Positions 1 to 10,400 of a stretch of 53,122 nucleotides of DNA are shown here, piece after piece (position 1 is the stretch's first letter; each line of letters opens with the position of its first letter). The notes below the pieces were generated by a model. It was not told the origin of the DNA. It made no database searches and saw only the letters and a list, made by a program, of their open reading frames with translations. Both the position numbers and the translations under genes were made by a program. The DNA comes from Euryarchaeota archaeon UBA4 (GTDB lineage: Archaea > Thermoplasmatota > Poseidoniia > Poseidoniales > Thalassarchaeaceae). The stretch covers positions 8,600-61,721 of the forward strand of contig DAFQ01000001.1 in NCBI GenBank assembly GCA_002497985.1. The letters are read 5' to 3'.

Positions 1-132
1 CCCTTCAGAAGGCCAACGGAGCCAAGCAGACGCCTCTTCAGCCCGTCCAGCGCCATGCTATCGGGTTCACATCGGGTGGTTTGAACGTTATCTGAGGCAG
101 ATGCCCTCAAATGGCGGGTGCCATGCCATAAC

Positions 133-924
133 ATGGTCGCAGGACTCTGGCAAACCCAAGCCGCATTCGCCATTGGCCTGCTAGGCGTATTCATTGGCTG
201 GAGGGGCTCAATCGCCAAGATGACCGGCTTTTTCGATTTAGCAGGCTCAGTCAGATACCTGCTGTATGGAATCGTCTCCGGGATGATTCTAGCTTCGGCG
301 GTTGACAGGCTGATACTGGCAGGAATAGTCGAGAGCTCGCTAAACATAGCGTCCGCAAGCGTACTCGCGCTGCTCATCGCATTTGCTGAGTCCGCTCTGG
401 TAATGTTCCTAATGGGGAGGCCGAGAAACGTAGCATTGCGCACATCTCCCCCATTTGGATGGACCCTAGGCCTAGGGATCGGCGCCATGCAAGCCTCAGT
501 CCTTGCTTGGAGGCTATTTGGCGAGGAGTTGGCAAACTCGGATTACTCCGGCTTCTCAGTGATCTCCGTGGCGATAGCATTGGCCATAGCAGCCGCTTCA
601 TGCACTGGCCACGCCATTCCAGCTGCATTCCAAGGATCGATGATCCTCGAATCCAAGAGATTCTCCCCATTCTTGCTAGCGGCGCTGGGTCGCGCATTTC
701 TGACTATGTCCCTTGTCCTGTCCTTGTATATGCCCCTCATACTCATAGCACCACTGGTTGCAGTGGCCGCCTTCTGGTCACCTGCACACAACCACTGGCT
801 CCCATCCGGACTCACTCCAGCGGCAAGGCAGGTATTCAGGCGGACAACCAGGCAATCCGAGAGGCACAGGGCGGCATCCGAGTCCAGAACAAGGGGCTCA
901 CCTGTAAACGATGAGAGTGAATAG
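133..924 (+). CDS. hypothetical polytopic membrane protein
   Basis: The ORF opens at GTG 118 and the first ATG is at 133. The translation is dominated by helix-length hydrophobic segments (AAFAIGLLGVFIGW, VLALLIAFAESALVMFLM, LVLSLYMPLILIAPLVAVAAFW) and ends in a charged soluble tail. I recognised no family motif. Confidence 0.5.
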   Translation: MVAGLWQTQAAFAIGLLGVFIGWRGSIAKMTGFFDLAGSVRYLLYGIVSGMILASAVDRLILAGIVESSLNIASASVLALLIAFAESALVMFLMGRPRNVALRTSPPFGWTLGLGIGAMQASVLAWRLFGEELANSDYSGFSVISVAIALAIAAASCTGHAIPAAFQGSMILESKRFSPFLLAALGRAFLTMSLVLSLYMPLILIAPLVAVAAFWSPAHNHWLPSGLTPAARQVFRRTTRQSERHRAASESRTRGSPVNDESE

Positions 925-1005
925 CCACCGTACCCCCTCATAGATGCATTATCGGACATACGGATGGCGCAGTATTATATTCGTGCCGCCGAGGCAACAA
1001 GACAG

Positions 1006-2424
1006 ATGAGAGTAATCATTGCTGGCGCTGGCGAGGTCGGCCGTGGTGTCGCAGCCGCCCTGAGGCAGGAAAAAAGAAGCGTGGCGCTCATTGACACTGA
1101 TCCAACAGCAATCATCGAGTCACAGTATCTTGATTGTTTACTTGTTACAGGCAGCGTTCTTTCGAGAGACTCACTGCTCAGAGCCGGGATTTCCGATGCA
1201 GAGATGATAGTGATGGCCACAAATGACGATATGGTCAACCTCCTAGCATGCTCATTCGCGAAAAAGGTCTACAGTGAGCAGATAGGGGACCGGAACGCCA
1301 GCGGGCTAAAGGCGATAGCCAGGATTAGGAACCCGAACATGGAGGATCCAGTTAGAGGCGCAGGACCAATCAACAATTGGTCCCGTGCTGACCACATCGT
1401 TTGTGCCTCGGACGAGATAGTCGAGCAGCTGGCAGCAGGACTTCTGGCCCCCTCGATCGATGAGATTCTACCTTTGGGGGACTCATCTTGGATAGTGGCC
1501 ACAGAGGTGACCACTTCTTCCGCACTAATAGGAACAAAGACAGGCGAGGTAGGCGACATTTTCAGGGGAATGCCATCGGTTTACGCAATTAGCCCAAACG
1601 GGGATTCGGGAAGGCTATCGAATGGCGACGAGGTAATACAGCCGGGCGATACACTGGTTTTCGTCTCAAACTCGACAGACCAGTTCGCGCAAGTGACAAG
1701 AGGAGTTGGGAAATCAGATCCAGACCTGAAGGAAAGGGCGCAGATAGCCGTATTCGGAGCAAGCCAGTTCGGAATGAGGCTAACTAGCTACTACCTCTCA
1801 AGAGGGCACAATGTGGTGGTCATAGAACCGGATCTAGACACTGCGAACGAACTTGTCGGGTCTTCTATTGGTAATAGCAAGAGGTTAGACGTAATACACG
1901 GGGACCCTCAGGACGAGGAATTGCTGAAAGAACTTGGAATAGACACCCATGACATCGCCGTAGCCGCATTGAATGATGACAATCTAAACATCGCCATTTC
2001 GATGAGGGCCAAAGACAAGGGAGTGCAAAGGACCGGACTCGTCCTCAAAGACAGGGCACTCGTTGAGGCGGTGCAGAGGATAGGTTCAATCAAACCAGTC
2101 AGTAGAAGGCAGGTTACAGTAACCTCAATTCTAAAATCGATTCACATGAACGTACCCGGCACATTCCAGGTCATCCCCACAGTTCCTGAAGTGATATCCA
2201 TTTCCGCAGAGGTTAGGTCCGACCACAACTTCGTCGATAAAGAAGTACCGAAAATTGAATCCAAGCTAGGCGTCCGAGTTGCAATGGTGGACAGGGTGGA
2301 TGAACACGGAGTGACCAATATCGTAGATCCGGCCACTATTGAGACGATCAAAGCCGGCGACAGGATATACCTTCTGCTTCCCAAGGAGGACCTGAAGAAG
2401 CTAGAGAAAGCTCTCGGGAGTTGA
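1006..2424 (+). CDS. trkA: Trk potassium uptake system NAD-binding subunit TrkA
   Basis: MRVIIAGAGEVGRGVAAAL is an N-terminal Rossmann GxGxxG, and a second KTN-like module follows (IAVFGASQFGMRL), giving the two-module TrkA architecture. The gene's stop overlaps the trkH start. The ORF opens at ATG 964, but the family-typical start is ATG 1006. Confidence 0.88.
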   Translation: MRVIIAGAGEVGRGVAAALRQEKRSVALIDTDPTAIIESQYLDCLLVTGSVLSRDSLLRAGISDAEMIVMATNDDMVNLLACSFAKKVYSEQIGDRNASGLKAIARIRNPNMEDPVRGAGPINNWSRADHIVCASDEIVEQLAAGLLAPSIDEILPLGDSSWIVATEVTTSSALIGTKTGEVGDIFRGMPSVYAISPNGDSGRLSNGDEVIQPGDTLVFVSNSTDQFAQVTRGVGKSDPDLKERAQIAVFGASQFGMRLTSYYLSRGHNVVVIEPDLDTANELVGSSIGNSKRLDVIHGDPQDEELLKELGIDTHDIAVAALNDDNLNIAISMRAKDKGVQRTGLVLKDRALVEAVQRIGSIKPVSRRQVTVTSILKSIHMNVPGTFQVIPTVPEVISISAEVRSDHNFVDKEVPKIESKLGVRVAMVDRVDEHGVTNIVDPATIETIKAGDRIYLLLPKEDLKKLEKALGS

Positions 2425-2426
2425 AA

Positions 2427-3995
2427 ATGCGTTGGGACGTTGTCGGGTTTGTACTCGGTTGGACTATCAGGCTAGTTGCCCTCCCACTCGTGATAGTCGC
2501 TGCCTACAGCTGCTACATGGTTGAAACCGAGGGGTACGAGTTTGCTGCTAGGACTTACCTAATACCACTGATCATCGCCGTTGCTGTCGGTCAAGGACTG
2601 GTTTCACTGGCAAAAGGCGCAGATACCGCCTCTAGGCTAAGGGACAGGGAGGCATATGCATGCGTCGCACTAGGATGGATACCCGTGGTAGTTGTAGGGG
2701 CACTGCCATATTGGCTGGGCGGAGTTTTCTACGGGCCATTCGATATGTCGGATCCCGGCGTCGGATTGTCCGACGTCCTATTGGGGGCAATCCACTCTTG
2801 GTTTGAGTCAATGTCGGGATTCACCACTACTGGTGCTACTGTGATAGATCCAGCAACAAGCCCACTTTGCCAAGCAGTAACCGAATGCATAGGATCTCAG
2901 CCCCAGAGCCTCATTCTTTGGCGCTCGGTATCACAGTGGCTGGGTGGCATGGGAGTTATTATGCTGGGACTGCTGATACTATCTCAGGCACTAGGCGGGG
3001 GAATGACCCTCGCTAGGGCCGAGTTGACTGGCCCCACTCTCTCTAGGCTAGGCCCTTCCTTGCAATGGACTGCGAGGAGGCTCTGGTCAATCTACATAGC
3101 TCTAACAGTTATTGAGATAACCCTCTTGAAATTCGTAGGGGAGATGTCCACATTCGATGCAGTGAATTACTCCCTAACCACGTTATCGTCAGGGGGATTC
3201 GGTACATCGGATGGTGGCATTATGTCATTCGACTCAGCCAGGATCGAGTCAATTGTCATGGTTTTCATGCTAATTACATGCATCAATTTCAGCCTGCTCC
3301 ACTTGGTACTCGCAGGACGCTCTCGTGAAGCACTCAAGGATGAAGAGTTCAGGGGATACATCATGATCATTCTCGTTGCATGGCTAGCCATGTCTTTCAA
3401 TCTACTACGTTCTGGGGCCGAGGGGCAAGGGATTCTCGAAACTATGAGGCACACCGCATTCCAGGCCATTTCAATATCCAGTACTGGGTACTCCTCTGCG
3501 GATTTCGCTTCGTGGCCGGTATTCAGTCAATTCGTCCTCTTGCTACTGATGATTATAGGGGCGTCCGCTGGTTCGACTGGTGGCGGGCTCAAGGTCCTCA
3601 GGATAAGGGTCGCTTTCGAACTTTCAAAGAGGGAGATTCTGAGGATCATCAGACCAAGGAAGGTCGTCGCAATAAGGCTGAACGGCGAAGTTCTGGATGA
3701 TAGGAGGATTTGGACCGTATTGGGTATGCTGAGCTCATGGACGGTTCTTGTAACGGCTTCGATGCTAGCTCTCGCACTTCTCGAACCTTCGTTGGAAATG
3801 ACTGATGTCCTCTCAATCTCAATCTCCCTTCTAGGCAATACAGGTCCGGCATTGGGCGCCTTCGGGCCCACAGCCACATGGGCCGCACTCAGCGAACCAT
3901 CAATGGTGGTGGCCAGCCTTCTGATGTGGCTCGGTAGGCTGGAGCTACTCACGGTCCTTGTTCTCCTTCACCCCAAAACATGGGGGAGCAACTAG
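2427..3995 (+). CDS. trkH: Trk/Ktr-type potassium transporter membrane subunit TrkH
   Basis: This is a polytopic membrane protein. It carries four selectivity-filter-like glycine motifs (SGFTTTGATV, LSSGGFGTS, SSTGYSSADF, LGNTGPALG), as in TrkH/KtrB. TTG 2421 overlaps the trkA stop, and ATG 2427 lies 2 nt after it. Confidence 0.9.
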   Translation: MRWDVVGFVLGWTIRLVALPLVIVAAYSCYMVETEGYEFAARTYLIPLIIAVAVGQGLVSLAKGADTASRLRDREAYACVALGWIPVVVVGALPYWLGGVFYGPFDMSDPGVGLSDVLLGAIHSWFESMSGFTTTGATVIDPATSPLCQAVTECIGSQPQSLILWRSVSQWLGGMGVIMLGLLILSQALGGGMTLARAELTGPTLSRLGPSLQWTARRLWSIYIALTVIEITLLKFVGEMSTFDAVNYSLTTLSSGGFGTSDGGIMSFDSARIESIVMVFMLITCINFSLLHLVLAGRSREALKDEEFRGYIMIILVAWLAMSFNLLRSGAEGQGILETMRHTAFQAISISSTGYSSADFASWPVFSQFVLLLLMIIGASAGSTGGGLKVLRIRVAFELSKREILRIIRPRKVVAIRLNGEVLDDRRIWTVLGMLSSWTVLVTASMLALALLEPSLEMTDVLSISISLLGNTGPALGAFGPTATWAALSEPSMVVASLLMWLGRLELLTVLVLLHPKTWGSN

Positions 3996-5494
3996 TACGA
4001 GTCCAAAGTGAACTGTGTGCCCGACTCTTCGCTAGGTGGAGGCTCCGCATCATCCAGTACAATTTCATCAATGACCGCTGCATTAGAGGACCGTTCCTCG
4101 AATAACTTGACTATCCTCTTGCCATCCCTGCTGCTTTTCGTTATTCCATGGAGTGATAGGTGGTCTTCTACTGCTAGGCCAAGCTTCACGGCAATAGAGA
4201 AGTCATCGGGATCGCCACCGAGTGACTCATCGTGGACCGCCATGAGGATGGGCCAAATCTCCTCTCGGAACGAGGACTTGCTGGTCGACATAATCTCCGA
4301 CATCTTCTCTACGACAGACTGCGACCTCCAGGCCTCACTTCCCCTCCGTAGGAAATCCGGATATCCGAGATATGGGTCAGAGGTTATCGGGTTCTGGGAG
4401 ACTGCAGATTGGGAAGTCAGGGTCGATCCCCAGTACCAAGACCTGAATGCCCTGTTAGTGAATTTCGTGGCTAGAGACCTATCTGCCATTTCCATGGCTG
4501 GGCTAATCTCCCTAAGGCTCTTTGAGTCAAACACAGACTGATTGTTCCAAGCAAACCAGGACAGCATTTGATCGGGGTCCTTGTCGCTATTCAGTAGGAC
4601 TGTATTCGCCTCCTTCCCCGTTTTGCTGGAGTAAACCTCACGCATCGCCTTGAAGACATCCACCTGGACGTCCCTAATGGCAACATTGGAAAGATCCCTG
4701 ACGTGTTCCATTGAGATATGCCCATCGCTCACCGTTGAGATGGCTTGCAAGTCTTTGACCAAAGCCCGGAGATCTCCTGGATTAGATGATAGGAGCTCCT
4801 CAAGTGCCCCGGGATCAATGGTGTATCCCTCGTGATCTAGGACCCTATGTGCAATCTTCCTCATGTCTATGTTTCCAGCCCTCTTGAAGTGAACTAGATC
4901 TGACAATGATAGCACCCTGTCCCTGTTCCTTCTCCACGAGCGTCCTGATCCCCAGAGCCTCATGGGGTCGTTACAGGTCATAATTACGGGTTGTTCCGAG
5001 ACGCTGAGGAGACGCATAAGCTCCGCCTTTCCGCCTGAGTCTCCTGCCAATACAGGACCATCGCCCTCGTTAGAAATTACCCTTTCCAAACGGTCTTCCG
5101 AGATTTCTGAGAAACCGCCTCCCAAATGATCAACTTCGTCTAGTAGTATGACGGTCCTCCCATCGCTATTGGAGCCGCCAGAGAATGCATCCAGGGAAAC
5201 ATGTTGAGATCCCCTGGTGGCCGATTTCCTAATCGCGGCAGCATTCCTCTCTTCCGATGCATTGAGCTCAATTATCATCCATCCTCGTTCCTGTGCAACG
5301 GCCTTTGCCAGTGTGGTCTTCCCAACTCCAGGGGGCCCGGAGAGGAGTATGCCTCTTTTCTTGGGCTTGCTACTCCCGTCCCACTGGTCCAACCATCTTC
5401 TGATGGACCTCATCTGACTGTCGTTCCCTTCCATTTGACGTAGGCTGGTAGGCCTGTGACGCTCGGTCCAGTCCTCGACGTCCGCGTCCATCAA
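3992..5494 (-). CDS. rfcL: replication factor C large subunit
   Basis: It has the N-terminal WTERHRP clamp-loader box, Walker A LLSGPPGVGKTTLAKAVA and Walker B ILLDEVDHL. At about 500 aa its length is typical of the archaeal RFC large subunit. Confidence 0.9.
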   Translation of the reverse strand: MMDADVEDWTERHRPTSLRQMEGNDSQMRSIRRWLDQWDGSSKPKKRGILLSGPPGVGKTTLAKAVAQERGWMIIELNASEERNAAAIRKSATRGSQHVSLDAFSGGSNSDGRTVILLDEVDHLGGGFSEISEDRLERVISNEGDGPVLAGDSGGKAELMRLLSVSEQPVIMTCNDPMRLWGSGRSWRRNRDRVLSLSDLVHFKRAGNIDMRKIAHRVLDHEGYTIDPGALEELLSSNPGDLRALVKDLQAISTVSDGHISMEHVRDLSNVAIRDVQVDVFKAMREVYSSKTGKEANTVLLNSDKDPDQMLSWFAWNNQSVFDSKSLREISPAMEMADRSLATKFTNRAFRSWYWGSTLTSQSAVSQNPITSDPYLGYPDFLRRGSEAWRSQSVVEKMSEIMSTSKSSFREEIWPILMAVHDESLGGDPDDFSIAVKLGLAVEDHLSLHGITKSSRDGKRIVKLFEERSSNAAVIDEIVLDDAEPPPSEESGTQFTLDSY

Positions 5495-5531
5495 CCTCCT
5501 TGTGGAGGTGAGGCTCCTTGAAGATTGGCCG

Positions 5532-7250
5532 TCAGAACAATCCGTTCAGAGTCCCCATGCGTAGGGAATCAATGGCTACGTCAATCGGCACTCGAATCTG
5601 CATTTGGTCATCCCTCCTGCGAATTGTCACTGTATTATCTTCCAGTGAGGAGTGATCGACTGTAATGGCCCATGGAACTCCAATTTCATCTGCCCTAGCG
5701 TACCTCCTTCCGATTGATCTGGATGTATCCAAATCCGCTCTAATTCCGGGAATTGAGTTAATTTCCGATGCTATACTTCGAGCTATTTGATCCATACCGT
5801 CCTTGTCGAAAAGGGGTAGTATGGATATGTCATAAGGGGTCACCGACTCATCTAGGGATAGGATTGTGTACTCCTCTCCCTCCTTTCCGCTTTCATCGAA
5901 TGCGTGATCGATGATATGCCAGATTATCCTGTCAATTCCAAATGCGGGCTCCACCACATGGGGGGTGAACCACTCTCCATGAACATTAACTTCCTCGTTT
6001 CTTCTATTCACCATTTCAGAAGTTATCTGTACACTGGTGCCATCCTCTAGCCCCAATTCAAAAGGCATCTCATCCGGAATGCCCTCCAATTGTGAAAGCG
6101 CCTCAGAGACCGCTGATGACTTGGACTTGAATATGGGCCCAATTACGGATCCGTTGGGAGATAGAACATCCCTCTTGACCAATACTGGATCGGGGTACTG
6201 CCTCCAACCTCTGAGGAGATTGGTTCCTGAGTGTTCTTCATGGGACTCTAGGTCGTGACACGTTCTATTCGCGATCCCGACACATTCCACCCATCCGTAC
6301 TCGCCGAAAATTTCGCAATCCCAGCAGTCCGAAGCGTAATGCGCCATTTCAGTACCAGTGTGCTGCCTAAACCTAATCTTCGTGCTGTCTATTCCGACAT
6401 TCACGAGGAATTCCCATGTCCTAGCTAGGAACCATGCTACGGTCGGGTGCCTGACAATCCCGCTATTCAGAGCGTCCGAGAAAGTAATATTGTGAATTCC
6501 TGGATGTTCTCCCTCAGGGTCAGATAACAACTCTACTGGGGAACCCCATCTACTCAAATCACCAACTGGGGGGTCCTCTGGATCAATGAAATACTCGAGT
6601 TCCGCCATGTTGAACTCTCTCAGTCTAATCATCCCCTGGCGAGGGCTAATCTCATTTCTGTAGCCCCTTCCAGTCTGCAAGGCACCGAACGGTAATTTCT
6701 GCTTGAAATGCCTGAAAAGAGATGGATACAACATGAACATGCCCTGTGCAGTCTCGGGTCTCATGTATGCTTCCCGACCACTCCTCATAGCTCCGATAGT
6801 TGTGGGGAACATCAGGTTCATCGGCCTGGCTGGACTCCAGTCATTCTCGCCACAATTTGGGCAGGTTACGTCATTTCCCGATATGACCTCATCAATTTCA
6901 GATCCAGATAGGGAATCGGGATTTGGATGCTTCTCGTCAATTAAGTGGTCACTCCTGAAAACTCCCTCGCAGGATCTGCACTCAGACATATGGTCATTGA
7001 ATTCACCGACGTGGCCACTGGCGACAAGCACCTCCTTCGGCGTGATTGAAGGGGAGTCGATCTCAACCACATCGCCTTGACTGGTCCAGTGATCCACCCA
7101 GGATTCAACCACCCTCCTCTTTATTCTAGCTCCAACAGGGCCGTAATCAATTAGACCCGAGACCCCCCCATAAATCTCGAACGAGGGGAGGACAATACCC
7201 CTCCTCCTCATCATGGATGTCAGGCGATCCAACCGGCCTTGATCTGTCAT
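5532..7250 (-). CDS. glyS: glycine--tRNA ligase (archaeal/eukaryotic alpha2 type)
   Basis: RRGIVLPSFEIYGGVSGLIDYGPVG lies near the N-terminus. The class II motifs GRGYRNEISPRQGMIRLREFNMAE and AFGIDRIIW are present, followed by a C-terminal anticodon-binding region. Confidence 0.95.
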   Translation of the reverse strand: MTDQGRLDRLTSMMRRRGIVLPSFEIYGGVSGLIDYGPVGARIKRRVVESWVDHWTSQGDVVEIDSPSITPKEVLVASGHVGEFNDHMSECRSCEGVFRSDHLIDEKHPNPDSLSGSEIDEVISGNDVTCPNCGENDWSPARPMNLMFPTTIGAMRSGREAYMRPETAQGMFMLYPSLFRHFKQKLPFGALQTGRGYRNEISPRQGMIRLREFNMAELEYFIDPEDPPVGDLSRWGSPVELLSDPEGEHPGIHNITFSDALNSGIVRHPTVAWFLARTWEFLVNVGIDSTKIRFRQHTGTEMAHYASDCWDCEIFGEYGWVECVGIANRTCHDLESHEEHSGTNLLRGWRQYPDPVLVKRDVLSPNGSVIGPIFKSKSSAVSEALSQLEGIPDEMPFELGLEDGTSVQITSEMVNRRNEEVNVHGEWFTPHVVEPAFGIDRIIWHIIDHAFDESGKEGEEYTILSLDESVTPYDISILPLFDKDGMDQIARSIASEINSIPGIRADLDTSRSIGRRYARADEIGVPWAITVDHSSLEDNTVTIRRRDDQMQIRVPIDVAIDSLRMGTLNGLF

Positions 7251-7420
7251 ATTCGAGTCTTCGACTCGCCCACCTAGATTTCAAGCCATCCTTGCATTCT
7301 TGCATTGGAAGGGCATACTGCATGTAATGACAATCTCCCACAGGGAACATTCACGTTTTCATCATTAGATAACATTGATGTACGTACACGAGGCCCGCCA
7401 ACCGATAGGTGCATGAAAAA

Positions 7421-10400
7421 ATGCCAATAATAGAGTACGTAGAAGACCGGATGGAGACCGAGGAACTCCTGGAAAACCTCAGTCAGCCGGTTAGGAACTG
7501 GTTCACGGATAAGTTCCCAGACTTCACTGAGCCCCAGAAGGTAGCAATCCCCAGAATTCTGAAGGGGGAACATTTGCTGCTTTGCTCACCTACTGGCTCT
7601 GGAAAAACACTCACGGCATTCTTGACAATAATCGACGATCTTGTCAGGAAGTCCCTGGATGGGTCACTTTCGGACTCGGTACAATGCGTCTACATCTCCC
7701 CAATCAAGGCACTAGCGAACGACATTCAGAAGAATCTGATAGGCCCACTAGAGGAAATTAAGGAGCGTTATCTCCCCAGTAGGGCAAAGGAAATCAAAGT
7801 GGGATTGAGAACCGGCGACACCCCTCAGAATGAGAGGGAGAAGATGCTCCGAAAACCCCCTCATATCCTAATCACAACCCCAGAATCACTCGCGCTTGGT
7901 CTAGCCTCCAAGAGATTCAGGCCAATATTGGATGAAATGAAGTGGCTAATTATCGATGAGATGCACTCATTGGTTCCAACAAAGAGGGGCACCCACCTAT
8001 CTTTGAGCATGGCCTTGATGGACTCGGTCGTTTCTTCCGAGGTTCAGAGGATAGGCATCAGTGCAACCATGGAGCCACTGGACGCAGTTGCCGAATTTCT
8101 TGTTGCCAGCGACTCGAGGGAAAGGGAAGAGGAAAAGCAGAAGGTCGCGATAGCGAAAATTTCTGGAGATAGAGAACTGGATCTGGACATCATACTCCCG
8201 ACCCCCAGATTCAGTTCAACTCCCGTGAAAGAGATTCTGGACCACAATATCGACAGAATCAAGGAATTGGTGGAGGCACATACCACAACTCTGGTTTTTG
8301 TGAATACCAGAAACATGACCGAGACATTCGTGCAGAAGCTGAAGATAGCGGGATTGGAAGGGGTCGAAGGACATCATGGTTCAATGGACAAAGCAATCAG
8401 GCTCGATGTCGAGAGACAGCTCAAGGACGGACTACTACGCTGTGTCGTATCATCGTCCAGCCTAGAAATGGGGATAGACATAGGTTCTGTTGACCTCGTC
8501 ATCCAAGTCGGCTCACCTGGATCAATTGCAACCGCCTTGCAGAGAATTGGAAGGGCCGGACACCAAGTCGACGGATTGCCCCGTGCCAGATTCCTACCAA
8601 CCTCATCACATGACCTCCTAGAGCTCGTCGCCCTGCAGACAGCAATACTCGAGGGCGAGATGGACCTGCTGAAATTTCCCGAGAATAGCCTTGATGTCCT
8701 CGCCCAGTTCCTAATCGGCCTTACAATAATCAAGGAATGGGACATAGATGACGCATACGATCTAGTCACATCTTCATGGCCCTATCGCGAGCTCCCCAAA
8801 GGGGACTACATCGAGGTTCTAGACATGCTCGACGAAGAGCGAAGACTGTGGCTAGACTGGGAGGAGGACAGATTCGGAAAGAGAGGCTTCGCCCAGATGA
8901 TCTACTACACAAACATAGGCACAATAGCACCGGACAACAACTATCTCGTATTCACTGGGGACGGTACACTAGTCGGCCAACTGTCTTCCTCATTCGTTTC
9001 TAGCCTCAGGAATGGCGACGTCTTCCTGCTGGGAGGATCAACATACAGGGTTGCGAGCATAAGGGGAACTAGAGTAAATGTCACCCCGGCTACTGGATAT
9101 CGCCCCACCATCCCGTCATGGACAGGGGAGGCAAACAGTAGGACTCATGAGTTAAGCCAAGCAGTTCTGAACTTACTCGGTCACGTTTCGATAGGCATCA
9201 GGATGGGCGAGGACTCCGAACCCCTTCTCACCAATGCCCTGGGACTAAACAGGCCAGTCGCTCTGGCGTTGAAGCAGTTCCTAGATGAGCATTCTGCCAC
9301 CACCTTCCAAGTCCCCTCTAATGATAGAATCCTAGTCGAGCAAGTAGAGGCCCCACTACCGACATACGTAGTTACTACATGCAGAGGGAGAGCATTCAAT
9401 CTGGCCCTAGGATACCTCTTCGCGGGCATCGCCACTCAGGATAACGTCATAGTTCACGAATTGTCCTTCGACGAGAACGGATTCATGGCAAAACTGAGCC
9501 ATGAAGTGGAGATATCAAAAATTCCAGAAGTTTTCAGAAACGACACCAGTGAAGAAGTACTTCAGAGGTACATGATGGACTCCCAACTATTCGCCAAGAG
9601 ATTCAGGGAAGTATCATCCAGAAGCATGCTGAATCCACGTAGGATAGGTTCCGAGGAAGTAAGCCCGAAGCAATATCAGCAGAAGGCCGAGGCAATAATG
9701 ACCAAACACAGACAGATGGAAGAATCGGTGATTATCCGTGAGGCGATGAATGAGATACTCAACGGCGATCTTGACATGAAGCAACTGAGGAACTTCATTT
9801 CCAGAATGGATAGTGAGGACGTTAGGATAGTCCATCGTAGAGTCAAGATGCCATCTCCCCTTGGAATGACGCTCTTCATGTCGGCCTTCGAGGATCTCCT
9901 GAGCCTCAGAACCCGTGCTTATCTGATCAAGGACGTCGATCCAGAGATACTCAGGAGGCTATTGGGGGCCCGATCTCTTGCAACCGACTTGGATAAGGAG
10001 AAGATAGCCGAGTACTATCAATCAAAGGTGGCCAAACCAAACGATGCGATTAGCTTACTCAGGCTCATGGATATGGGCGGGGGACTGGAGAGGGAATTGA
10101 CCAACCCACTCTACAACAGTAAACTCAGTGATATAGAGATTCCAACAATCAGGTCATGGGTCCATGAATTAGCTGAGAGGGGCCTAATAACCAAGGTCAG
10201 GAATACGAATCACGAGCAGATTGACGACAAGTGGTTCTCAATGAGGATGGCTAGTGTTCATGGGACCCTAGGGTGCCTCGCTGTTGCCGGGGCATCCGAG
10301 ATGGATGACCTAAGATCGCTATACACAGGTGGAATGACCTATGAAATTGCAGAGGGCTTCGTTGGATCAGAACCTAAGTCATGGAACCAATCTAACCTTT

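Noticed and set aside
1-57. A possible 5' end of a minus-strand gene running off the left edge (ATG at 57-55, MALDGLKRRLLGSVGLLK...). Likewise, a possible plus-strand gene start at 53036 runs off the right edge (MASESDSHSNDTQESLK...).
   Set aside because: Only 18-29 codons are visible and there are no motifs. I cannot distinguish them from chance open frames at the window edges.
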